In this document: positions 1 to 10,694 of the stretch, in pieces
Numbering within the stretch: the first letter of the stretch is position 1
Layout of the letters: each line of letters begins with the position of its first letter
Assembly: GCA_965202585.1 (NCBI GenBank)
Contig: OZ241826.1
Coordinates: 70,432,001-70,496,000 of the forward strand
Reading direction: 5' to 3'
From: Thalia democratica
Taxonomy: Eukaryota
Length of the DNA: 64,000 nt
Program-made: the position numbers and the translations under genes
The notes under the pieces: model-generated
Told to the model about the DNA's origin: nothing
Seen by the model: the letters and a program-made list of their open reading frames with translations, nothing else
Database searches by the model: none

Positions 1-84
1 TATGTACTGTAATAAGTTGTAAAAAATGACTTAACAAACTTTTTTTTCAACTTCTGCGCTCCTACAAACAACAACCGATTGCAG

Positions 85-1764
85 CTCGAGTGCCTTGGCA
101 ACGACGGCAAGTACTGCCTCGACTACGCCCTGCCCCAAACCGACCCGTTGAGCGGCCAGTTGAGCGTCTACCCGTGCCACGGACAGGGCGGCAACCAGGT
201 ACCAGCTTTTGTGCACATTTTGATTACATATTTTTATTTTGCATGTACTGTGACGTCACAACGAGCAGCTGAAGAACGAGGCCTTCCTGCACTGCCTCAT
301 GTGGCCGTCGTACGCGAAGAGAAAGGAGAATAAGAGGCTGATGCTGCACTCTTGCGCCGGACAGTGGCGGCCCTACGAGGTTGAGGGGTGGTCATCATGA
401 GAGCAATTCGTTCATTCATTTAATTTGTAGACCTTTAATTTGTAGTTAGAAAATAGGGAATGGCATTTTGGTTTAATTTTAGTGGTGGCGGTTACATTAA
501 GTAGCTTATAATAAGTAGCTTACTTGGATTTAACTTTAACATAATTAATTATATTTCTATGTACTTGTGAGACGCATGAGCGTAAATAGGTTGATTGATG
601 AATTTAAGTTGTATGTAAAATTATGTTTTTATTAAACGATGTTGAAGTGTTTTCATTAAGTTTACCTTTTTGATATGTTTTATTTTCCTAACTTAGTATT
701 CACTTAGAAAAAAATCTGCAACTGTGGTTTTTTCAACTGCCACCTTCATATTCAAATAATAACAACAGTTTATATACTCAGAATAAAAATAATTTTTGAA
801 TCAAAGGAGCAGTCAAGAACATAAAATTAATAATATGAAGTCAAATTCTAAACTAATATAGAAAATATATTTAAGAAATAGTACTATTATTAATCTATGC
901 AGAAATTTAAAGCCATACTTTTATAGTAAGCATTTTTTTAAATTCCTGACTGACTAGTTTAAACCTCATCAATCTTTTTTAATAATCAAATTGTATTTTT
1001 ATCCTAATCAGTTGTAATATTCAAGTTATTTTCAGCTTTAAATACATTAGTTTGACCAATGTTACTCAGTTTACCAGTTGTTTTACTTGAAACTATTTTC
1101 AGTTTTTTGAATACTCGTCCCGGAACGAACTGAGATTCAATTCGGAAAAAGAAATGTGCGTGATTACGTCATATGACGACATACTCAGCATGGTTGATTG
1201 CGTAAGCGATGACGAATCACCTTCTAACATGCACCAGTGGATACACAATCAGGTTGACATATATTGTTTGCTATATCCATAAAGGAATTATTTGGAGGCA
1301 GTCTGACTTTTTTAGTTGAGATTTGACAGTTTTGAAAATTGTAATTTACAGGTAATGAAACTGGTTTAAAAACTGAAAAGTTTGAAAATGTAGAATTTCT
1401 ATTTGATTAAGCATTGAAAATGTTTATATAATAAACGAAAGATCTTTGTATCTCTTGTTTTTTGTTTTTTGTAAAAGAATTGAGACAGTTTTTTCATATG
1501 GTTTTTTAAACCAGTTTCATTACCTGTTTGTTATATTCGACACTTTCTTTTTTTATTTGAAGTAAACAATGTATTTGGTCATGATGTTCATTTTGAAGAG
1601 AATTTAGCAGTAACAAAAAAGTTTCATTGTATTTACAGTACAACCAGATGAAAAACGCGGCGACGGGAAAGTGCCTGATGGGTGACGCCAACCCCGAACT
1701 TACCCTCGTCATGGCAACCTGCGACCCTAGCGACAAAAGACAACAGTGGAAGTGGTACACGTGA
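85..1764 (+). CDS. GALNT: 3' end (last three coding exons: 85-198, 1103-1252, 1639-1764) of a polypeptide N-acetylgalactosaminyltransferase, ricin B lectin domain, GALNT4/12-like
   Basis: GT-AG exons, all phase 0, join to LECLGNDGKYCLDYALPQTDPLSGQLSVYPCHGQGGNQ|FFEYSSRNELRFNSEKEMC...HQWIHNQ|YNQMKNAATGKCLM...TCDPSDKRQQWKWYT*. The CLD...CHGxGGNQ-FFEY motif and QxW repeats are typical of the GALNT lectin domain. The 5' part lies outside the window. Confidence 0.9.
266..400 (+). other. Coding-like intronic island resembling a duplicated ricin-subdomain terminal exon (alternative last exon or pseudo-exon)
   Basis: GC3-rich frame (Q)LKNEAFLHCLMWPSYAKRKENKRLMLHSCAGQWRPYEVEGWSS* follows tandem AG acceptors (GAGCAG, 263-268). 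It aligns by eye with the true last exon (QMKNAATGKCLM...LVMATC...QQW). Confidence 0.5.
1348..1527. repeat. Perfect 25-bp inverted repeat in the last GALNT intron (small MITE or splicing hairpin)
   Basis: acaggtaatgaaactggtttaaaaa (1348-1372) is the exact reverse complement of tttttaaaccagtttcattacctgt (1503-1527); spacer 130 nt. Confidence 0.8.
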
Positions 1765-3115
1765 TAGTGACGTAATAATACTGAGTGACGCAAGCTAGTA
1801 GTATTTTGTATTCATAGCATATTTCTTGGATTGTAATAAGTTTTAGAGTCTAAATACTTATCTTGATAAGAAAAAATTCACTGAATTTATTTAATATAGT
1901 ACACTTAGTAAATGAAGACATTACTGTTATTTTATTATTTATATTTATATAGCGTTGTATATATTTTAATATTTACGTCTATTACTAATATTTTATAATT
2001 TAATTTCTTTTATGAAGGCTGAAAGTACTTATTCTCTTATTCTTCAATTTAATTTGATTTTTTATCTAATATTTTTCTCGAGAAGCCTCATACTTTGCCA
2101 ATATTAGGTGTAGTCTGTAGTGGTTGTTATCTTTAAAACAGCATTTTTTTTGTTAACTTTACAATAACTTTAACAGTTAACTTTTCATATTGTTAAGAAT
2201 TTTAATATTTTATTTTCATCCAGAAGTAAAGAAGTAAGTAAAAATAAAAACTAACTATAAATAAAAGTTAAGTATGATATTTAAACACTTTTTAAAATTA
2301 GATGGTTTTGTTTTGCACAACTCGTTGTAATAGTTTGCTTTATTAATCCATTCCTACCTTTTTATGTATAATTTGTTATTTTCTCAATTTCGTTTTTTAG
2401 TCAACATAAAATATTCATTCTCATACGTTTACGAATTCTAATTTTTTTGTAAATTTTATTTTTATACTTACATATAAATTTCTATTTAATATAGCCTCTA
2501 TTTAAATAAGCTCTTTACATTTCAGTGAATTAAGCAATCTTTTTTAGTTAAGATAAATAATATATACTTACGTATATTTGTTAACTGTTTTATATTTTTA
2601 AGCATTTAAATTTTTTTAACGCTTTGCAGTTGACATTAAAATTTAAGTTTTTCTTTTCATATAAACTTTAAAGCTATAAACATTATCAAATAGTTATCAT
2701 TTTATAAGTTCTTAGTTTTAACTTCTAGTAACTGCTTTATTACTAGACGTTTTTTTTATTTTCTCATATCAACATTTAATTTTGTTATGCATCATTTTTA
2801 TCATATTCTTCAACATTCGTACTCTGAAATATTTTAAAAATAAAACACCGTGACTTAAAAATGTTTAATACACATTTTTGGTATAGTTAAATTTTCGACT
2901 TACACAACACTATTGAAATTTAAATTGCAAAATTTTATAGTTTAAAGCTCATTATTTCTATTACACTTAATTCTTTTTTTAGTTATTTAATAAACTAAGT
3001 TTTTTATAGCGATTACCTTAGCTATAAAAAAAAAACAATATTTGTTTTAATACACGACTTGAAATACACAGCATAAATTAACGTTGATTTACCTAAGAGT
3101 CTAAAAAAATTAGTC

Positions 3116-3460
3116 TATTTAAGATCTTGATCATATACATTGCTACGTTTTTTACTAATTTTTAAAATATATTTTATTAGTTTTATATAAGTTTTTTTTA
3201 AGAACTATGTTTTAGTTCATAACAAAACGTTTTTATGTATTCTAGAGTTATTTTTATATGAATAAAAATGCTTAAGTTGTTGAAAATCAGTCATTTAAGA
3301 TCTTGATCGTATATATTATATTAATTTTAGAAAATATATTTTATTAGTTTAATTCAAATATTGAAAAATGACGACTTTGTTCATAACAAAAAGTTTTTAT
3401 GAGTTCTAAGAGTTATTTTTATATGAAAACATATATAATCGTTGTTGAAAATCAATCAGC
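3116..3460. repeat. Diverged tandem duplication, unit about 176 bp, two copies
   Basis: Blocks aagatcttgatc, aaaatatattttattagtttt, gttcataacaaaa and gttgttgaaaatca recur in the same order (3121 vs 3297). Confidence 0.8.
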
Positions 3461-4199
3461 AATATTATTATTTTGTTAAATGTAAGCTGGTTATAGTAAT
3501 GATTTAATTTTAATTAATCTTATTGTCTTTTAAGTTAAACAAACAAAAAAAATTCAATCATTCAAGTCCGTTTCTATAATTATTTATTAGGTAAGAAAAG
3601 TATGTATATGTACGTTTGAAATTATATTTCAGACTAGCTTTTTTATTTTTTCTAAAAATTGAGTTTTTTTTCAAAAATAACAAACAAATAAATATATCTA
3701 TTTATATATTAAAATATATTTCCTTTTGTTACTTTAATAAATTTTAAAAATATTCAAGTTAAATAATATATAAAATTGAAACAAGTATATTCTTGTATCT
3801 AATATTCTTGTATGTATTTAAAAGTATTTCAAATTATGTTGATTTTAATTTAGGGTATTTAAATTTTTTAACCGAGAATTTGTTTATGATAAGTAATTGA
3901 AAGTGTTACTTAGAACCACTAATATTATCATTTTAAGTATAAGACGGGCATACACAACCAAGCACTAATTAGTTTTACCGCAAACACTTTAAAATATTTA
4001 GTCATGATGTAGGACACTTGTGCAAAATCTTATTTTGCCTTGTGTCCAAATTTTTATAGTTTAAAGGAATTAATGTTTTTCACTTGATATTATATTTTTT
4101 TCCTTAAAAAAGAAAACATTGAATAAATATAGTAAAACTGTTTTCAAAAAAAAAACTATTTTTCACAAACAAAATAAGTGCTAGTTAAAATGATTGTTG

Positions 4200-5310
4200 T
4201 CTTTGATTTCTTGATTAAACTGGAAATTGCTGTTCATGGGTGTGGCTAAGGGAAAATGAGAGATCAAGTGATCTACAGTCCAAAGTCCAGGAAAATGAGA
4301 GAATCAAATGAGAGATCGCGTGATTTATGGAAAATTCTAGAAAAAGAATTCAAAATCTATAAATACGCCCGATCAGAGCATGAAGCAGGCAATCCACCAC
4401 GAAACAAGCAAGAAGCGACACTCTGCTCCGCAAAAGAAATAACATCGTCAATCTTCAAGCAAGAAGATTTCAACAACCATCTAATCGAAGAAGCCCACGC
4501 ATTCTGTGGCATCGAGAATTTCAGTACTGGTAGTACTCTTTCATCAAACACTCTAAGTTGGACTCAACGATCGAGTCACAGCGTTCAATCAAGTTAAAGT
4601 ATACATTCATCTCAGCAAGTAAACCCACACAGACTGGGCGCCAACCTTAGCTACACTTCAACGAACAAGTTGTTTTCATACTGTTTGACTCTATCGTATT
4701 GTTTATATATTCATATTATCATATATACTCACTATTGTATTTGCATTGTAATATTTAAATATATTTATATCACCGCATTTATTCACTATTGTATTTGTAT
4801 TGTAATAATTATACATATTGATATCATCGTGCTTATTTATTATCGTATTTTATCGCCGCTCTGCTTACGGAAAGGAAAGGAAACAGACCACGCTACGTCT
4901 AGCCAGATTCTGCAAACGAGACGGACCAACGTCGAGTGCCAGAAGCTGAGCGAACGGAGACCAGTGACACGCCAAAGGGGGAATCCGGAGCGCGTTTCCT
5001 TCTATTTGTTAACATTAAGTGTCTAAACTTATTGTGAGCTGTCATTGCGTATTTGTACATAATAAACCAACATTATTTAGTTTCATTATATTTAGTCAAA
5101 TAATTATATAATTATGTCCTTAAAACCCTTAAAAAAGGCATTAGTCCTGAAGGTACCCAGAACTCGGTCCAGAACCGAGATAAGTTGTTCCGAGACTACT
5201 GCTAACCTGGAATCCGATGAGATTGTTGAGACTGAAACCGAGGAAATTGCGAAGGAAACCAGTGAGGCTCCTAGTCTGGGTAACAATAATGATCGCAACA
5301 TCTAATTTCT
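4200..5310. mobile_element. Possible LTR/retroelement remnant (unresolved)
   Basis: GC-elevated block with short internal direct repeats (atgagaga x3; cactattgtatttg x2), purine tracts, AATAAA at 5061 and short ORFs with no recognisable homology. No LTR pair, TSD or TGG-PBS found. Confidence 0.3.
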
Positions 5311-6441
5311 GATTTAACACTTTATATAGAAAAAATATAAAAACAATCAGTTCACAAATTTGCTAAAACGTCATTTTATTAATTGTTTAAAATACAGTAT
5401 TTTAGGTAATAAAGTTCGAAAAACTAAGTCAAAATTTGTAAGGTTGCAAAATTTATGCTACAGGTACATAAACCTAATTAAGAATACCATAAAACTCTAC
5501 AAAACTTGTCAAATCAATTTTGATTTCGAAAATTTAATTTCTGGTATATCATTTATCAACAATACGATTAAGAAAACTATAAAACATCAAATATGTTATT
5601 TTTTACCACTTAAATATTAGCAATGTCGTGTAGTCACCAAATATTTTCTGTTTTTCTCTAATCAACTGTATGATTACAGTTAGGATTTAGATTTATTATA
5701 ATCTTTGGTGCTTAATTTTTTTTTGACCCATATTAATTAATATTCTTAATTTTTCACGGTAATTAAAACGCTATAATTAGCTTTTTTCATTGTACTTGTA
5801 GCAAAGCATTTAGATAAAAGGCAAAAGTTAATTTTTTAGTATTGTATGTGTTTGAAGGTGTAGGGTCTCTATTTTTTGCAATTATTCACATAACTTCTTT
5901 AGTCAAAAGTTGTATGATATAAGAAAAATATAAATAACCAAATATAATAACGGAAATCTATCGTAGGTTTTAATTTAACTTTCAAACTCCTTATCCATCT
6001 AAAAAACTTTTATACTGGAAACTTGGTTACTGAAATACAGATATTTCTTTTTAACTGATAATTTTGTTTAGCTTTGAGAATAATTTTAAACTAAAATATA
6101 TTTCAACTGACTTAAAAAAAAAAGGTTATACATATTTTTTAATTTTGAATTGCATAAAGGTTTATAAAGTTTTAGGATTTTTTTTTCAAGTTACCAACAA
6201 CAATCTTCACAACTTAAACTAAAACAATCCACATCTCTTAGAAACTGTACTTATTTTTTAATATGCGTGCCTGTTAAGCTGTGGCAGAACAATCGGCATA
6301 TATTGTTCTAAAACAACCCGCACACACTTAAAAAACAAAAATCAAACTTTATTCAATGTTCGCTACAGTAAGCGATGTTTTATTGTTGATTTTAACTTGC
6401 GAAACCAACGCGCAAAGTGAAACCAAACCGCGTTGTGCAGT

Positions 6442-7179
6442 TTAGTGCTCACATTCGTGCTCCGAGGAGCAATCACGTTCGTTTTCTTCGACCTCCTTTC
6501 GGACTTCTTCAATGTACTTTTGCTGCTTATTCCAATTCGCCTCGTTCAACAACTTTTCAAACTCCAAATAGTACCTGGGCTTGAACAGGGGCGCATCGAC
6601 CCTTTACTGGTCAATCCAGCTTTGCTTTTTGAATGGAGCAAACCTGTAAATTCTGCCCTTCTCGTCCTTTTTGAAATTTTCTTCGTTGTCTTCGGGCCCG
6701 TCGATATTGCAGTTTTCGAAAAACGAGAAAGGATACTCTTCGAGCGTTTGTTTCAGCTGATCTTCGAGAAAGGGCTTGAGTATGGGTTCCCATTCAATAG
6801 CTTCCGAGTTGAGAACTTAGCCGATGAACACGCAGTGCCTTCTAACGTTTTCATCGGTGCTGAGGTGGCAGTACGTGATGGCTACGTCGGAGCACGCCGT
6901 CAGGTAGAGGCCTCTGCCGAACCGCCCTTTCTCGGAGTTTCGGAAGCCCTCCCGCGAAATTCCAGCCGTGCTTTCCACGGTGGATCCATGCAGCAGCACC
7001 AGATTGCCTTTGTGATCCACCCTGTGGTTGAATCGCGGCCGGTTTTCGACCACCCGGTGCGCGGCAACGTTTTTTAAGAGGAACATCGAGCCGAAGTCTC
7101 CGATGATGGTCGCCTTCAGAAGCTGGCGCGGAAATTCGAACTTATTTGATGATGGCTCGATTGGCGACAGCGAGTACAT
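6442..7179 (-). pseudogene. Intronless stand-alone PARP-like (ADP-ribosyltransferase) catalytic-domain gene with two in-frame TAA stops
   Basis: A 246-codon frame runs from ATG 7179 to TAA 6442 without frameshift: ...LVLLHGSTVESTAGISREGFRNSEKGRFGRGLYLTACSDVAITYC...CVFIG*VLNS...SWIDQ*RVDAP...ECEH*. The HG(S/T), GxGxY and A..Y motifs are PARP signatures. Internal TAA at 6817-6819 and 6604-6606. AATAAA follows on the minus strand (6379-6384, 6348-6353). Confidence 0.8.
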
Positions 7180-8115
7180 TGGTTCATTTTTACTTAAGCG
7201 TGAAATTTTTGAAAACTAGAACTTTTTAGTAAGCTAGTGTCTTAAGCGTTTACTTCAGATGCTGGTAGCAATCTCTTTCAGTATGTACCGAAAAAAAAAT
7301 TTCAAAGTAATAAATTAACTAAATTTTATTTAGTTTGTAAATAAGTAAATGCAAATTAATTATTGTAACTTATGTTACGATCAAAAATTGTAGTTTTAAA
7401 TAATTATTATGTAAAAAAGTGTAAATTGAAAAGTACAACAAAGCTTACTCTGAATAATTTCTTTGTTTTCCTAACCACCCAGTAGCACTTTGTATAGTTT
7501 TCCTGAGCAAGACTTTATTTACCGCAGTTACGGTTTTCTTTATTACTTTATACATTTTGTTTATGTGAAAGATAACTAACAAGAAAACTATTATTTTTCA
7601 TTTTCCTTAAAACAAAAAATAAGTAGAACCACGTGGCTCTGAAAAAATTTAATGGTTTGCTTTAAATCATCGAAGGTTCATGCAAAGAATACGAAACTAG
7701 TTTGTAGTTATTTAATATTTCTTAGTAGTTCGTATTTATAGAACTGCAAACTTGTTTAAGCATTGAATATTTTGTTTACAGTTTTAAAGCATAAAAAGTT
7801 TTTAAACAAAAGCATCGAAATAGATATATTTAACCAACTAAGTACAAAAGTTGTTATTTTAATCAAAGTGTAGTCTCTAAGTAACTTTAACATAATTTAT
7901 ATTGAATGGATCTCAAACATTTAAATAAACTTTCACAATAATATAAACTGATTACTTTCAATGGTTTAAGTTGTAATGTTTTTGTTTGTTAACACAAACC
8001 AGTTTGAAAAAAACATTATCATTGCAAATAAACTTTATTTTATAGTTTAATGTAGACTACAGTTTCCGAAAGACATTTTCATAATGACCCATTTTGCGTA
8101 AATCTAAAAATGTTT

Positions 8116-10254
8116 GGCAATATTTATTAGGGGTAGGTTTCAGAATCGCTCAGCGACACTTTTGTACGTGTCGTCACTTTAGGACAGAGTGACACTTTAG
8201 CACTAAGGGACATATAGAATGGTTTAATTTATAGTTTGTATTTTACTTTGTTTATTGAACATTGGCAGTAAGTTTTATCTTTTCTATTTAAAAACTAAAT
8301 AATCAAAATATTTTTTTAAATTTTTATAGGAAAATTATTTATTGAATTGTATAAGTCTACTTTTATCTTTGTAGAAAAAAATTAAGTTTACATTTTAATA
8401 ACTTTTAGTACAATTTGATCACAAAGTTTTAATTCATGCTTAAACAGTTTTAAAGCTTGTCCACTTTTAATTTAACACTTTGCATAGTTAGATTTTAGAC
8501 TTTTAACACTATAGCAGGGGCGTGTCTACTCTTTTTTTACTAGGGTTGCACAATTTTTTGTTATTGTAACCTGCCACCTAGGTACTCAATTCTTAGCTAC
8601 GCACTGCCGGTTGGGTACGCACCTTTTTAGCCGAAAAACGATGTGTTCATTTTTTTTTCTACTTGGAAGTCAAAATTCAAACCTAAATGTTAATAGTACA
8701 AAAGTATTACTAATTTTTAAATAATTATTAAAACAAAAAACTAAAACTAGAAAACCATGAAAAAAGTTATGAAGCTACAGATTGTATATCAAATCAAAAT
8801 AATTAAAACTGTAATAAACCTTTAAAAAAAATCATTATCTAAAAGTTTAAGATATACTTGGGTGTTTTAATCAAAATTTCCTTTTGATTTAATTATCTTT
8901 TTCTATAAAATTACTTGTTTTTTGTAATTAAATTAAAATAAGTTGAAATGTCACTTGAAGAAAATATTAGTTCAATTTATACAATATGTTAAAAGTATAT
9001 TTAAATGATATTAAATGTGTAGCCTGGTGGTGTAAAAGTCCTAATGATGGTTTTAAACTTTCTTGATTAAATATTTTGAAATCTATGCCCTGTGGTCAAC
9101 ACACATACAAAAAAAAACTTTAATAATATTTAAACATCATCAAATTACAATTGTATATGTCGCCTGATGGTATAGGGGCCCAATGCTGGTTTTGTAAATT
9201 CTCTAAGTTAAACATTACAAGATCTAAACCCAGTGGTTTTTAAGTTAAAAAATATCAAAGTTTCACTAAATTAATGTCGTGGTCAAGTTGTTATAATGAC
9301 CATGTCAGTTTTTTGTGAGCATAAGAATCAAAATTTAAAAAATAGTTTTATATGTGTTGACCTTGCATATTCAACTAAATTTTCAATTGCTATGTAGTTT
9401 TAGATTAAATGATTTGCTCCACAAAAATTTATTTTATACAATAAAATAAGAGCAATTAAGTATAGCAATCACATTGATCATTTTTTTAAGTAAACATGTA
9501 CTTACTAGTTTATAAACAATGCAGAATAATTATTTATTTACACTTGATAGCATTTTATAATAAATGTTTTAAGAACATTAGTAATTGGATGTGATCCAGG
9601 ATTAAAAGTGAAACTTAAGTATACTATTTTTTTGTGATATCACATTAAAATTTTAATTTTATTTCAGCTGGCTTCAACAAATGGCCAGCTAAGTATAAAA
9701 CTTTCTAGTTTTTATCTATCTATGTAATAATTTCAACATTCATTATTTAAAAATTTAGTAAATAAGCAAAACCAAATATATAAACAACGTTTTTAATAAA
9801 TTTTTTAAGCTTTTTTTTTTTCAGGGGGTACACAGGAAACAAGTAACCAGTCAAAACACGCCCATGCATTATAGTATAATTGTTGTATAAGCATAAAATA
9901 TAACCCTGTAAAAATTTGCTCTGTACTGTACTTAAGTAAAGTAGCACTATAGGGATTTTCTCTACTAAAACGACACTTTGTGCCTAAGTGTCGCTTTGTG
10001 CTAAAGTGACCATCCATTCTAAAGTGACTCTCTGTGTTAAAAAGTAACACGGTGTTAAATAACTAAAACACTCTGTGCTAAATTATATGCTAAAATAAAA
10101 GTTACTGTACGCTCGATAATGGACAGGTTTTTCGTGAACCAGGTCCTAGGACCAAACATTTTTTTGTCGTTCAATAAACAATAACTTAAGGTGTCACTCT
10201 GTGCAAAAGTGACGTGGTGTTTTTCTGACCCGTTTCAATTTATTAGGTATTGCC
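8116..10254. mobile_element. Non-autonomous DNA transposon with terminal/subterminal inverted repeats and nested insertions
   Basis: cgtcactttaggacagagtgacac (8172-8195) matches the reverse complement of 10191-10214 at 22/24. Ends read ggcaata...tattgcc. Extra gtgctaaagtgac-like copies at 9960-10080. A nested ~92-bp caggggcgt...agctacgcactg mini-element lies at 8515-8606, and a diverged ~140-bp direct repeat at 9018/9158. Confidence 0.5.
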
Positions 10255-10297
10255 CTTCACTAGCTAACTACTTGTTTGATTTTTGGTCACCTTACTA

Positions 10298-10694
10298 TAG
10301 GGTTTCCACTCTTTGAGCAAAAAATACTGTCCTGAGTGACCAAAAACTGTCCTGAACTCCGGAGTGTCTGAGGTTTTCCAAATCTTAAATTTTTTTTGAG
10401 TTAATAAAAATCAAGTTCTTCAACAAAATTGGTTGTAAAATATCAAAATATTGAACCTTAATCAAATAAATCTTGTTACAAACATATACAAAATATGTCT
10501 TGAGATTATCAAAAAAACTATAACTATTCTTAATTTTCATAAAAATAAATAAAACTATCCTGAGTCAGCCTGAGTTTAAAAATAAAATAAAAATATCCTG
10601 AGCTAACCTGAGCTGTTCTAAGTCATCTAGAGATTTTTAAAAACTTCAAACCATCCTGAGTTATCCTGAGTATTCTGAGTGTGTTGCAACACTG
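10298..10694. mobile_element. hAT-like MITE with multiple CCTGAG subterminal motifs
   Basis: Ends tagggtttccac / gttgcaacactg (8/12 inverted match). Many cctgag/cctgaa motifs inside. ttacta is duplicated on both flanks. Confidence 0.6.

Noticed and set aside
1395-1411. Similarity to an ascidian spliced-leader sequence (tttctatttgattaag)
   Set aside because: Imperfect match in AT-rich DNA, with no following GT donor or Sm site.
6433-7077. 214-aa hydrophobic plus-strand ORF
   Set aside because: It is the in-register antisense shadow of the PARP-like frame. Its hydrophobicity mirrors GAA/AAG-rich codons on the other strand, and it has no motif.
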